From Ignicoccus hospitalis KIN4/I (GTDB lineage Archaea > Thermoproteota > Thermoprotei_A > Sulfolobales > Ignicoccaceae): a stretch of DNA of 32,000 nt. Each line of letters starts with the position of its first letter. The stretch's first letter is position 1. Below, one piece after another: positions 19,118 through 27,802 of this stretch. Made by a program: the position numbers and the translations under genes. A model generated the notes under the pieces. It ran no database searches, was not told the origin of the DNA, and was given only the letters and a program-made list of their open reading frames with translations. The stretch spans positions 1,260,001 through 1,292,000 of the forward strand of contig NC_009776.1 of the NCBI RefSeq assembly GCF_000017945.1. The letters are read 5' to 3'.

Positions 19118-20163
19118 TAGAACTCCTCTTCGCGTTGGCGTGTAGCAACGTCAGCGTCGGCGCAAGTCTCCCTTCTCCCTTCGTACAAGCGGTTCTGAAG
19201 GACTACTCCAACTATACTTTAGTGATATACGGCATTGATGAAGGCATTCCTTGTATTAAGTTGAGGACGTTCCTCAGCGACCTCTCAGAGCTATACGGCT
19301 TCAAAGTTGTTTGGGTTTCCGTGAGCAAAGGAGTGCCGAAAAACGCGACGGCAGTAAGTGTAGCCGAGGACTTCGGCTTACCTTACGTCCCGATAACGGG
19401 GGTTTACTGCGGGAGAAAGTTGGTTGCGGTCGTAGTGGGGGACGTAGAGAACTCGACGTTCTGGTTGGAGGAGGTCATGAAGTGTACGAACGTGACTAGG
19501 GTTTACGAAGGTCAGAAGCTCTTGGGCACGTGGAGGCCCTCCGCCCGCGCGCTTAACGGCCCCGTCCTCATCTTGGCTTTGGTGGACTCCCTAAACCCCG
19601 TGGGACTCATGGTCTTCACGTTCTATATCCTGGCTTGCAAGAACGTGAAGAAGAGGTGTTCTTGGGACGCCTTGGCGTTCGTCGTTGCCTATACGTTTAC
19701 ACACGTCGCGCTCGGCGTCGCGCTCTCCCTCGTGCCGGCCTCGCCGTATTACCCCGTCATAGGGGCGATCGTGAGCTTAATGGTAATAGTATCTTCAATT
19801 AAACCGAACAAGAAGATAAGGTCGTTGACCGCTTGGGCGTCGTCAACGCTCAACTCTCTAGTCCTCAAGAGGGCTTCGCCGGCAGTCTTAGGCCTTCTGG
19901 CCGGGAGCGTGGGGACCTCGCCTTGCGTGCTGGGAGCCTTCTTGAGCGCGGCCTCTCTAATAGGCAACAACTTGATTATGTGGGGTGCATACGCGATGAT
20001 ATATGCCGCCGCGCCGACGGTGATATTCATCATAGTTAACCGGGGTAAAGTTGTAGATCCCAGGAAAGTGGTACTCCCGTTGGCCACAATATCGTTGCTA
20101 ATATCGGTCTACCTCGCAGCGGTCAACTTGGGTTTCGTTAGCTTTACCTTAACGCTACGCTAA
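19114..20163 (+). CDS. Thioredoxin/glutaredoxin-like domain fused to a CcdA/DsbD-like membrane domain
   Basis: N-terminal VIYGIDEGIPCIKL...GLPYVPITGVYCGRK; membrane-domain repeats ALVDSLNPVGLMVF and GSVGTSPCVLGAF. Confidence 0.65.
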   Translation: MIELLFALACSNVSVGASLPSPFVQAVLKDYSNYTLVIYGIDEGIPCIKLRTFLSDLSELYGFKVVWVSVSKGVPKNATAVSVAEDFGLPYVPITGVYCGRKLVAVVVGDVENSTFWLEEVMKCTNVTRVYEGQKLLGTWRPSARALNGPVLILALVDSLNPVGLMVFTFYILACKNVKKRCSWDALAFVVAYTFTHVALGVALSLVPASPYYPVIGAIVSLMVIVSSIKPNKKIRSLTAWASSTLNSLVLKRASPAVLGLLAGSVGTSPCVLGAFLSAASLIGNNLIMWGAYAMIYAAAPTVIFIIVNRGKVVDPRKVVLPLATISLLISVYLAAVNLGFVSFTLTLR

Positions 20164-20961
20164 GACCTCGGGGACCTCTTCCTTTAGCAGCTCCTTCACC
20201 GCCCTAGCGACGCCCCTTATTTCCCACTGGGCCTTAGGGTGGTCCCTCAGCTCTATTATGTGGAGCCACTCCCTCAAGTTAGCGGTAACCAACATTGACG
20301 TCCTTATAGCTTGAGGGAGCAAGAAGCGACAGTCCTCCATGGGAGCGGAGGAGCGACACAAGGCGTAGGAGTAGAGGGAGTGCATCATTGAGAGTACGGC
20401 AGTCGCCCTCTCTACGCTCTCCGGTATAACGAACAGCTCTCCTACTATCTCCTCTAACTTTTTAGACAATTCTTTACAGCCTATACCTCTTTCTTCTAAA
20501 TCCTTTATAATTAACCTCTCTTCAAACTCACTTAAGTCTTGCGAACTCGCGTTTAATACCTTAATTATTTCGTCCCACCCCAACTCTTTTCCGAAAGCTT
20601 TTTTGAAGGCTTTCAATATCCTGACTTCCGAGTAGCGCTGGCTCTCTTGGGTCACGCTCAGCAGCCGGTGGCGCACTAGCTGGTGAGAGCAAACCCTGGA
20701 ACACCCCTCAATGAAAAACGTGAAGACCGAATGTTCCAACACGCTCGGGAAGGAGTCCTTCGCCTCCTTGAGCCAGTTGCTCCAACCCTCTTTCCACTCG
20801 CTCTTAAGGTAGTATTCAATACCCTTCTCTTGAGCCTTCCCCGTAGAGACCTTCACGGCCAACAGAGGTAGCCTCCTCGGATCGTCGAAGTTCTTAGCGA
20901 CCAAACACACAACAGTCCTCTCGTCTGAATGAGAGGCCTTACATCGGACGCGGTTTGCCAT
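20155..20961 (-). CDS. thyX: Flavin-dependent thymidylate synthase
   Basis: ThyX signature RHRLLSVTQESQRYSE; EHSVFTFFIEGCSRVCSHQLVRHR; late AYALCRSSAPMEDCRFLLPQAIRT-like region. Confidence 0.93.
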   Translation of the reverse strand: MANRVRCKASHSDERTVVCLVAKNFDDPRRLPLLAVKVSTGKAQEKGIEYYLKSEWKEGWSNWLKEAKDSFPSVLEHSVFTFFIEGCSRVCSHQLVRHRLLSVTQESQRYSEVRILKAFKKAFGKELGWDEIIKVLNASSQDLSEFEERLIIKDLEERGIGCKELSKKLEEIVGELFVIPESVERATAVLSMMHSLYSYALCRSSAPMEDCRFLLPQAIRTSMLVTANLREWLHIIELRDHPKAQWEIRGVARAVKELLKEEVPEVLA

Positions 20962-20984
20962 GGCTTCAGAACCCCATCCTAATT

Positions 20985-20994
20985 GTTATAAAGT
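20985..20994. promoter_or_regulatory. Near-palindromic TATA element between divergent thyX and the zinc-ribbon gene
   Basis: gTTATAAag sits about 25-30 nt from the thyX ATG (minus) and about 32 nt from the GTG at 21025 (plus). Confidence 0.4.
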
Positions 20995-21024
20995 CTTTTG
21001 AGGGTCACGGCGCCGGGGAGCACA

Positions 21025-21258
21025 GTGTCGTACGGCGGGATGTACGGGGTCAACGCCCAAGGGCATAAGGGCTGGATTACTGTTAGGTGTGCTATACACG
21101 CCCGCTACGCCGACGTGAGCAAGGAGCCCGTGTACAAGTGTCCTAAGTGTACTCCGAAGTACAACGTTTACTTCTGTGCCGAAGAGTACAGGGAGCTGGG
21201 CGGAAGGTGTCCCTACTGCAGGACCAAGCTCGTTCCAGTAATTTCCCTCAATGAGTGA
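21025..21258 (+). CDS. Small zinc-ribbon/treble-clef-like protein of unknown function
   Basis: CAIHARYADVSKEPVYKCPKCTPKYNVYFCAEEYRELGGRCPYCRTKLVPV; GTG start placed after the TATA element; the track start at 20998 is probably too long. Confidence 0.6.
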   Translation: MSYGGMYGVNAQGHKGWITVRCAIHARYADVSKEPVYKCPKCTPKYNVYFCAEEYRELGGRCPYCRTKLVPVISLNE

Positions 21259-21563
21259 GAGCATTGAAGAAGTTTTTATGTAACGACCACTGGAGGGTCC
21301 TCGTCCTAGAAGGGAACGACTGTAACTTAGTGGTAGTAGACGTCTATAAGAGGGGGGCGCGCGGTCAACCGATAATCCAAGGACCTCCGGACCTCCTCTC
21401 CGAAAGGCTCGAAGGCGCAGAGGTCCAAGCGATTATGGGAGAAGCCATCTTTGTTAAGTTCTGTGTCGAAAAAGTGGGGAGGCCGGAGGAGTATTTCTTG
21501 AAGGCCCGCGAGCTCCTAGGTCTTGAAGCCCCTCAGCCAGTATGCGTCGAGGAAGAGCCTTGA
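21255..21563 (+). CDS. Hypothetical protein, 102 aa
   Basis: ATGA overlap with the upstream ORF and overlap with the downstream ORF suggest a compact operon; no recognised motif. Confidence 0.55.
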   Translation: MRALKKFLCNDHWRVLVLEGNDCNLVVVDVYKRGARGQPIIQGPPDLLSERLEGAEVQAIMGEAIFVKFCVEKVGRPEEYFLKARELLGLEAPQPVCVEEEP

Positions 21564-22015
21564 TTTGTGAGGTCTTAGCGGCCGCGGCACTGGTGACGGC
21601 GCTCGTAGCGCTCTACAAGGCTAACGACGTTGAGATAGAGGTAATAGAAAAGAAACTTGCCAAGAAGAGGGCCAAGAAGATAAGGAGGTACGTTTTAGTG
21701 CTCGTGTTATCCGAGAGACCTGAGGAGGTTGAGGAGGGCTGCGTGGAGGGCGCAGTGATAGAGTCGTTAAAGAGGGCCTATGGGACCATCGGCTTGGCTC
21801 TGACCGACCCCAAGTTGGCTTACTTCGACCCGGACCTCAAGGTGGCCATATTTAGGACGACTCTAGAAGGGGTCAAACTACTCTCCTCGTCCCTCTTGTA
21901 CGTGGAAGAGGCGTGTGGAACTAAAGTAAACTTGATCTCACTCAGAGCCTTCGGGACCCTCGCCAGCGCCCGGGAGAAACTCCCTAAACTTGGAAAGTAT
22001 GTCAAAAACCTCTAG
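21542..22015 (+). CDS. rnp2: RNase P component 2 (Pop5)-like protein with a hydrophobic N-terminal extension
   Basis: IRRYVLVLVLSERPEEVEEGCVEGAVIESLKRAYGTIGLALTDPKLAYFDPDLKVAIFRTTLEGVKLLSSSLLYVEEACGTKVNLISLRAFGTLASAREKL follows the Pop5 pattern (RRY..., YFD...IFR, GT...A..K). Confidence 0.65.
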   Translation: MRRGRALICEVLAAAALVTALVALYKANDVEIEVIEKKLAKKRAKKIRRYVLVLVLSERPEEVEEGCVEGAVIESLKRAYGTIGLALTDPKLAYFDPDLKVAIFRTTLEGVKLLSSSLLYVEEACGTKVNLISLRAFGTLASAREKLPKLGKYVKNL

Positions 22016-22291
22016 GAGGGACTCCACCTCATTCAAGCCCTTTTGCGTGAGCTCCACCACTACTCTGGGCCTCCCTTCCCCTAACTCCTTCTTTATATTG
22101 ACCAGCCCCTCCTTCCTCAGCTTCTCCAAGTGCGACCACGCGTTGCCCGGCGTGAGCCCCAAGTCCTCGTAAAGTTCCTTAAAGGTCACCGACCCCCTGC
22201 TGAGCAAGTATACCATTATAGCTATTTTCGTCAAGTTCAGCTTCTTATTTACTAATTCCCTTATTATGTCCATATCCTTTATTCTCGACAC
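21938..22291 (-). CDS. Winged-HTH transcriptional regulator
   Basis: LTKIAIMVYLLSRGSVTFKELYEDLGLTPGNAWSHLEKLRKEGLVNIKKELGEGRPRVVVELTQKGLNEVESL. True start may be the ATG at about 22273. Confidence 0.82.
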   Translation of the reverse strand: MSRIKDMDIIRELVNKKLNLTKIAIMVYLLSRGSVTFKELYEDLGLTPGNAWSHLEKLRKEGLVNIKKELGEGRPRVVVELTQKGLNEVESLLEVFDILSKFREFLPGAGEGPEGSE

Positions 22292-22874
22292 ATTTTTCAG
22301 CCTCCTCTAAGTTTATCAACACTTCGAAGAGGGTACTCACGCTGTACGAGATAGAAAGAGTAACCGGAATTACAATGGGGTTGGTGGCTACGCTCAACAT
22401 GCTCAAGCTTGCCAAAACTACCCCGCTTACTGCCTTTTCCCGCCTCATCATAAGTATTTTGATGAGCGAGATCAAGAAGAAGGGGATCGCCATAGTGGCG
22501 TAGGGTAGGCCGGGCCAAACGGGCGCCGCCAGCGTAACCGCCGCCATCACGGGGAACAACAAGAAGTCCGGCGCCCGCGAGTCGCCCTCCCTGAGGCTAG
22601 CGATCTTAAATGTATACTTAAACGTCTTCTTAAACGTGTAAAACATAATTATGCTAAAGAATAACAACAACGTCATGAGTAATGCAGAGCCAACCTTGTA
22701 GTCCGAAACGAAAACGCTTGGGAAGAGCGCAGCGGTAAGGGCCGTCAGGGTTCCCCCTAAAGACAGCGTCAAGGAACTGAGGGCCTTAGCCAAGTAGGAG
22801 TTTCGACACGAGCTTATGTCTCTGAGTATCTCTGCGACCCTCTCTAGCGCCTTCAGCCCCTCGTCGTCACTCAA
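22245..22874 (-). CDS. Membrane protein of unknown function (209 aa)
   Basis: Charged N-terminus, then paired hydrophobic segments; overlaps both neighbours in the cassette. Confidence 0.65.
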   Translation of the reverse strand: MSDDEGLKALERVAEILRDISSCRNSYLAKALSSLTLSLGGTLTALTAALFPSVFVSDYKVGSALLMTLLLFFSIIMFYTFKKTFKYTFKIASLREGDSRAPDFLLFPVMAAVTLAAPVWPGLPYATMAIPFFLISLIKILMMRREKAVSGVVLASLSMLSVATNPIVIPVTLSISYSVSTLFEVLINLEEAEKCVENKGYGHNKGISK

Positions 22875-23872
22875 GCCAACAGCCTCCGTAGAGGCCCCAG
22901 CGGCGCCGAGTATTCAAGGATAGCCCTCCCGAGCTTGGCGAAGGCTGCCATAACCTTGTCGACGAGTGTGGCGGGCACATCTATGTTCCTAGACCTCATG
23001 AAGTAGGCAGAGGTGACCCCTGCCGCGTAAGCCACTGAAGTGAGCGGCTCCCCTAGCTTGTTCATTGAAACAGCGTAGGCCACGAAGGGGGAGATCGCCG
23101 CCATGATTTCCCTCCGGCGCCGGGGGTCTAAGGCCGTATGCACTCTGATCGCAGTATAAGCCGCGAGGATCACCAGCATGGTGACGTAAACGTAAGCCGC
23201 CTCCTTCCCGAGAACCTTTGCCAACAGTCGCGCCGTGAGGGGAAGCTTCGACACCTCCCCGCTGACCGCGTACTCTTGAAGAAGCAACCAGTGGGGTAAG
23301 ATCAAGTTTTTGAGTATGTTAATGAACGCGAAGGCCCAAGCGACAATTATGATGACTATTGATATTAGTTTATTTAGTACAGCGAGTTTGCCCTTTAGAG
23401 ACGGGGGTTTTGTCATTAAACCTATGATATACATAGTGAGGGGGCCCATTAAGGCCTCTGCCGTTGCCGCCAAGGCCGCCAAGGCGGGCCAGGCGAACAA
23501 GTACCTAACGAAGCAACCCCGCTCGCTCCCGCAACCCTCTACCAAGAGGGCGCGCGCCTTTGTTGGCGAAAGCACAACTAACAACGTCTTAATCCCTTCC
23601 TTAACGTTTTGGAAGAACGCCAACACTCCCAACGCCATTGAGACAACGAAGGCTCCCACGAAGGTAAGTGGGCCCGGCACGAATGCTATCCAGAACAGCG
23701 CCACCCCGCTTAGGACGGCAAGCCGCGCCCCCTTGCTGAGCCCCTCTAGCCACGCCCTAAGCCCGGCGAAGTACAAGTAGTCGAAGAAGAGAACTAGAGG
23801 TATAAACATAAGGAACGACGTTTCTATTATAATACCTGATACCAAGGCTTCCACGCTCAGCTGCGAGCACAA
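22871..23872 (-). CDS. Polytopic membrane protein of unknown function (333 aa)
   Basis: Multiple hydrophobic helices; its TGA overlaps the ATG of the 209-aa gene (ATGA). Confidence 0.65.
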   Translation of the reverse strand: MCSQLSVEALVSGIIIETSFLMFIPLVLFFDYLYFAGLRAWLEGLSKGARLAVLSGVALFWIAFVPGPLTFVGAFVVSMALGVLAFFQNVKEGIKTLLVVLSPTKARALLVEGCGSERGCFVRYLFAWPALAALAATAEALMGPLTMYIIGLMTKPPSLKGKLAVLNKLISIVIIIVAWAFAFINILKNLILPHWLLLQEYAVSGEVSKLPLTARLLAKVLGKEAAYVYVTMLVILAAYTAIRVHTALDPRRRREIMAAISPFVAYAVSMNKLGEPLTSVAYAAGVTSAYFMRSRNIDVPATLVDKVMAAFAKLGRAILEYSAPLGPLRRLLA

Positions 23873-23914
23873 ATCTTCACAGCGGCCGAAGCCGCTCGGC
23901 TCCCGGATTCCTCT

Positions 23915-24193
23915 TCATAGTCCCAAGCACTCTTTTGTCTCCTTTATTATTCTTTCCGCAAGCTCTTGGGTTACCAAGTCTTCGGGCGTAAGGTCGCCTC
24001 GTGGGAATATCAACTCGACGCACTCCTTGGGTGCCCTTTCAAAGGGAGCCTTTCCCCTCTTACATAAGTTCAAGGCGTGGCACGCCAACATGAACGCTTG
24101 CGCGTAGCGCCCCATAGTCATAAGTATTTCAGCAGTCCACAAGAAGTCTTCGGCTGCCTTGATCCAAGGGTCCACTCGCTCTAACACCTCCAT
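23915..24193 (-). CDS. Short HEPN-like helical protein (92 aa)
   Basis: DPWIKAAEDFLWTAEILMTMGRYAQAFMLACHALNLCKRG resembles the first two helices of HEPN proteins. Confidence 0.45.
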   Translation of the reverse strand: MEVLERVDPWIKAAEDFLWTAEILMTMGRYAQAFMLACHALNLCKRGKAPFERAPKECVELIFPRGDLTPEDLVTQELAERIIKETKECLGL

Positions 24194-25603
24194 TTGGTTG
24201 CTAACATTAGGTACCCCAAAAACTCTGATCGGAGGAGTGAGGGGTTGGGGTACCGAGGCTACGCCTTGGGCTCACAGCCGCGCTGGCTCGCCGACTTCAT
24301 TAGCTCTCTCCACTTTGACAAAGATATCTGTCCCTACGTTATAGACGTGTTAATAGTGCACATCAACGAGTTGGAGAGGAAAGGTTACGTCTCATCCGAA
24401 GACGCAAAGACCTTAAAGGAGTTGCTGGAGCAGTTCGACTGTTCGGCCGACTTCGACGGCTACGAAGATATACACGAAGCCATAGAGTACTATTTAATTG
24501 AAAGGACCGGCGCCGCCAAGCAGATAAACCTCGGTAAGAGCCGAAACGACCAAGTTGCGACCGCCATAAGGTTAAGGGTCAGGGAGGAGCTTCTGGAGTC
24601 CGCGACCGCGCTGTACCACCTCTTAAAGGCTCTATACGCGAAGGCCAAACTCCACGAAGAAGTCTTCTTTCCGACGTTCACTCACCTACAGCCCGCCCAG
24701 CCGGCCAACTTCGGGCTCTTCTTAACCAACTTCGCTGAGGAAATAGTAGACAGTTTCGGACTATTGGAAGTCGCGTTAGAAATTACTGACAAGTGCCCCT
24801 TAGGGGCCGCGGCCGCCGCGGGAAGCACCGTAGACCTAGACCGCCGGAGGAGGTGTGAAGAGCTGTGTTTCAAAGACTTAGCATATAACACGCTTTACGC
24901 CACCACTTCGAGGGACTTCGCGCTAGTCTCTTTGGGAGCTCTAGCTAGCCTTTCGATACCCTTGCTCCGGTTCGTCGAAGACGTGTTCGTTTATGCCACC
25001 CCACCTTTCAGCTTGATAAGGGTTCCCTTGGACCACGCCGGAACCTCTTCGATAATGCCCCACAAGAAGAACCCGGCGACGCTGGAAGTGGTTAGGGCAG
25101 AGCTGTCAAAGCTCCTAGGCCATTACGTGTCCGCGTTCAGCATACTAAAGGGACTTACGTCCGGCTACAACCTAGACTTACAACAACTCACGCCGCTCTT
25201 GTGGCAAGCCTTCAAGACCTTTAGGAAATCAGTAATAGTGATAACAGACTTCTTGTGGAAGATGGAAGTCAACGAGGAAAGGGCGAAGGAATTCTTGAGG
25301 TACCCGCTGCTCGCGGCCGACCTCGCCGAGTACCTAGTCAAGAACAAAGGATTGACCTTCAGAGACGCTTACGCAACTGTTGCTAGGGCCTTGAAGGAGC
25401 ACAACGACGACCTAGCGAGGGCCGCGGAGGGGCTCGTGGGGGACGAGTGGAAGGTAGTTGAGAAGGGAGCTTTGACCTTTAGGAAGGCTCCCGGGGCGCC
25501 CGGCAACTTAGGTCCCGTGTTCGTCAAGATAGAACGTGCTATGTCGAGGATAGCGCGCCTCGTCGTGGTCAGAGAGGAGCTACGGCAGTGTCCTAACTCT
25601 TAA
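24194..25603 (+). CDS. argH: Argininosuccinate lyase
   Basis: Fumarase/lyase signature GTSSIMPHKKNPATLE; NLGKSRNDQVATAIRLRVR; TFTHLQPAQPANFG. Confidence 0.95.
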   Translation: MVANIRYPKNSDRRSEGLGYRGYALGSQPRWLADFISSLHFDKDICPYVIDVLIVHINELERKGYVSSEDAKTLKELLEQFDCSADFDGYEDIHEAIEYYLIERTGAAKQINLGKSRNDQVATAIRLRVREELLESATALYHLLKALYAKAKLHEEVFFPTFTHLQPAQPANFGLFLTNFAEEIVDSFGLLEVALEITDKCPLGAAAAAGSTVDLDRRRRCEELCFKDLAYNTLYATTSRDFALVSLGALASLSIPLLRFVEDVFVYATPPFSLIRVPLDHAGTSSIMPHKKNPATLEVVRAELSKLLGHYVSAFSILKGLTSGYNLDLQQLTPLLWQAFKTFRKSVIVITDFLWKMEVNEERAKEFLRYPLLAADLAEYLVKNKGLTFRDAYATVARALKEHNDDLARAAEGLVGDEWKVVEKGALTFRKAPGAPGNLGPVFVKIERAMSRIARLVVVREELRQCPNS

Positions 25604-25612
25604 CTTCGCCTT

Positions 25613-27802
25613 TTGGCTCTGCTCCCGGTAAGAGTCTTGGCGAAGGAACTCCGACTGAGGGTCGCTGAGGCAAAACAGAGGGACGTCGGGAGAAAGATCG
25701 CTAGGATCAGTAGGAAGAATATGAGGGAGTTGGACGTAGTCACTGGAGACTTCGTCGAAGTAGAGGGTCCTAAGGGCAGCATAGTACTCCAAGTCTGGCC
25801 CGCCTACCCCCAAGACGAAGATAAGGACATAATCAGGATGGACGGCTACGCGAGGAACCAGATAGGCGTCAGCGTGGGAGATTACGTGACCGTAAGGAAG
25901 ACTAAGGTAGAAGAAGCTACCAGAGTGGTGTTGGCCCCCACCGAGCCCTTGGAGTTCGGCCCCGACTTCGTCGACTACGTAAAGAGGATATTAATGGGCA
26001 AGCCCCTAATGAGGGGAGAGAAGGTACAGATACCGTTCTTCGGGAGCACCATAGAACTGATAGTCACCGCCACCCAGCCCAGCCCGAGAGTTTACGTAAC
26101 TGACAAAACCGAGATCGAGATAAGCAAGAAGCCGGTCAAGGAGGAAGCCGTCAGGGGCGTGCCTAAGGTAACTTGGGAGGACATAGGCGACCTCGAGGAG
26201 GCTAAGGAAAGGCTGAGGGAGATAGTCGAGCTGCCCATGAAACACCCGGAGATCTTCAGGCATTTGGGCATCGAGCCCCCGAAGGGAGTGCTCCTCTACG
26301 GTCCCCCCGGCACCGGTAAGACCATGTTGGCCAAGGCCCTAGCCAACGAGATAGGCGCATACTTCATAGCGATAAATGGACCAGAAATAATGAGCAAGTA
26401 CTACGGCGAGAGCGAGCAGAGGCTTAGGGAGATCTTCGAGGAGGCGCGCAAGAACGCTCCGAGCATAATATTCATAGACGAGATAGACGCAATTGCCCCC
26501 AAGAGGGAGGAGGTAACCGGAGAGGTCGAGAAGAGGGTCGTCGCTCAGTTGTTGACCTTGATGGACGGCCTCCAAGAGAGGGGCAGGGTTGTGGTAATAG
26601 GTGCGACCAACAGGCCGGACGCCATAGACCCCGCCCTCAGGAGGCCCGGGAGGTTTGATAGAGAAATAGAGATCCCGCCGCCGGACAAGAGGGCTAGGAA
26701 GGCCATCTTAGAAGTTCACACGAGGAACGTCCCCCTGGCCGAGGACGTAGATCTAGACCGGATAGCGGAGATGACCCACGGTTACACCGGAGCGGACTTG
26801 GCGGCGTTAGTAAAAGAGGCCGCAATGAACGCGCTGAGGAGGTTCTTCAAAGAGAAAGGAATAGACTTGACCAAGGTTGAGAAGGTGCCGGCGAGCGAAC
26901 TGGAGAAGCTGAAGGTGACCTTCCGCGACTTCCTCGCCGCCATGAAGGTTGTGCAACCGACGCTCATGAGAGAGGTTTACATAGAGGTGCCAGAGGTACA
27001 CTGGGAAGACATAGGCGGCCTCGAGGACGTGAAGCAACAGCTGAAGGAGGCCGTCGTCTGGCCGCTGAAGCACCCCGAGTTCTTCACCGAGATGGGCATA
27101 GAGCCGCCGAAGGGGATACTCCTCTTCGGTCCTCCCGGCACCGGTAAGACCTTGCTCGCCAAGGCGGCTGCCACGGAGAGCCAAGCGAACTTCATAGCGG
27201 TCAGGGGACCGGAGATCTTGAGCAAGTGGGTAGGCGAGAGCGAGAAGGCGATAAGGGAGATCTTCCGCAAGGCCAGGCAAGCGGCCCCGACCATAGTGTT
27301 CTTCGACGAGATAGACAGCATCGCGGCCAGGAGGGGCAAAGACGTAAGCGGCGTGATAGACAGAATAGTCAACCAGCTGCTAACCGAGATGGACGGCATA
27401 GAGCCGCTCCAGAGGGTTACGGTAATAGCCGCGACCAACAGGCCAGACCTCTTGGACCCTGCGCTGCTGAGGCCCGGGAGGTTCGACAGGCTGATCTACG
27501 TCCCGCCGCCAGATAAGAAGGCGAGGTTGGAGATATTCAAGGTCCACACCAGAAGGATGCCGCTGGCGGACGACGTGGACTTGGAGAAGTTGGCGGACAT
27601 GACCCAAGGCTACACTGGCGCCGACATAGCGGCGCTCTGCAGGGAAGCGGCGTTGATCGCCTTAAGGGAGAACATGAAGCCGGTCCCAGTAACCATGAAG
27701 CACTTCGAGAGGGCGATGAAGGCGGTAAGGCCAAGCTTGAAGAGAGAAGACATACTGAGGTACGAGAGGTTGGCAGAAGAGGTGAAGAGGAGCGCTATCT
27801 AA
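25613..27802 (+). CDS. cdc48: CDC48/VAT family double AAA+ ATPase
   Basis: CDC48-N domain plus two Walker A ([34 protein letters not shown]) and two Walker B ([30 protein letters not shown]); TTG start. Confidence 0.97.
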   Translation: MALLPVRVLAKELRLRVAEAKQRDVGRKIARISRKNMRELDVVTGDFVEVEGPKGSIVLQVWPAYPQDEDKDIIRMDGYARNQIGVSVGDYVTVRKTKVEEATRVVLAPTEPLEFGPDFVDYVKRILMGKPLMRGEKVQIPFFGSTIELIVTATQPSPRVYVTDKTEIEISKKPVKEEAVRGVPKVTWEDIGDLEEAKERLREIVELPMKHPEIFRHLGIEPPKGVLLYGPPGTGKTMLAKALANEIGAYFIAINGPEIMSKYYGESEQRLREIFEEARKNAPSIIFIDEIDAIAPKREEVTGEVEKRVVAQLLTLMDGLQERGRVVVIGATNRPDAIDPALRRPGRFDREIEIPPPDKRARKAILEVHTRNVPLAEDVDLDRIAEMTHGYTGADLAALVKEAAMNALRRFFKEKGIDLTKVEKVPASELEKLKVTFRDFLAAMKVVQPTLMREVYIEVPEVHWEDIGGLEDVKQQLKEAVVWPLKHPEFFTEMGIEPPKGILLFGPPGTGKTLLAKAAATESQANFIAVRGPEILSKWVGESEKAIREIFRKARQAAPTIVFFDEIDSIAARRGKDVSGVIDRIVNQLLTEMDGIEPLQRVTVIAATNRPDLLDPALLRPGRFDRLIYVPPPDKKARLEIFKVHTRRMPLADDVDLEKLADMTQGYTGADIAALCREAALIALRENMKPVPVTMKHFERAMKAVRPSLKREDILRYERLAEEVKRSAI

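Noticed and set aside
26006-27734. Numerous overlapping ORFs on both strands of cdc48
   Set aside because: Shadow ORFs in GC-rich coding sequence; the two AAA domains are unambiguous.
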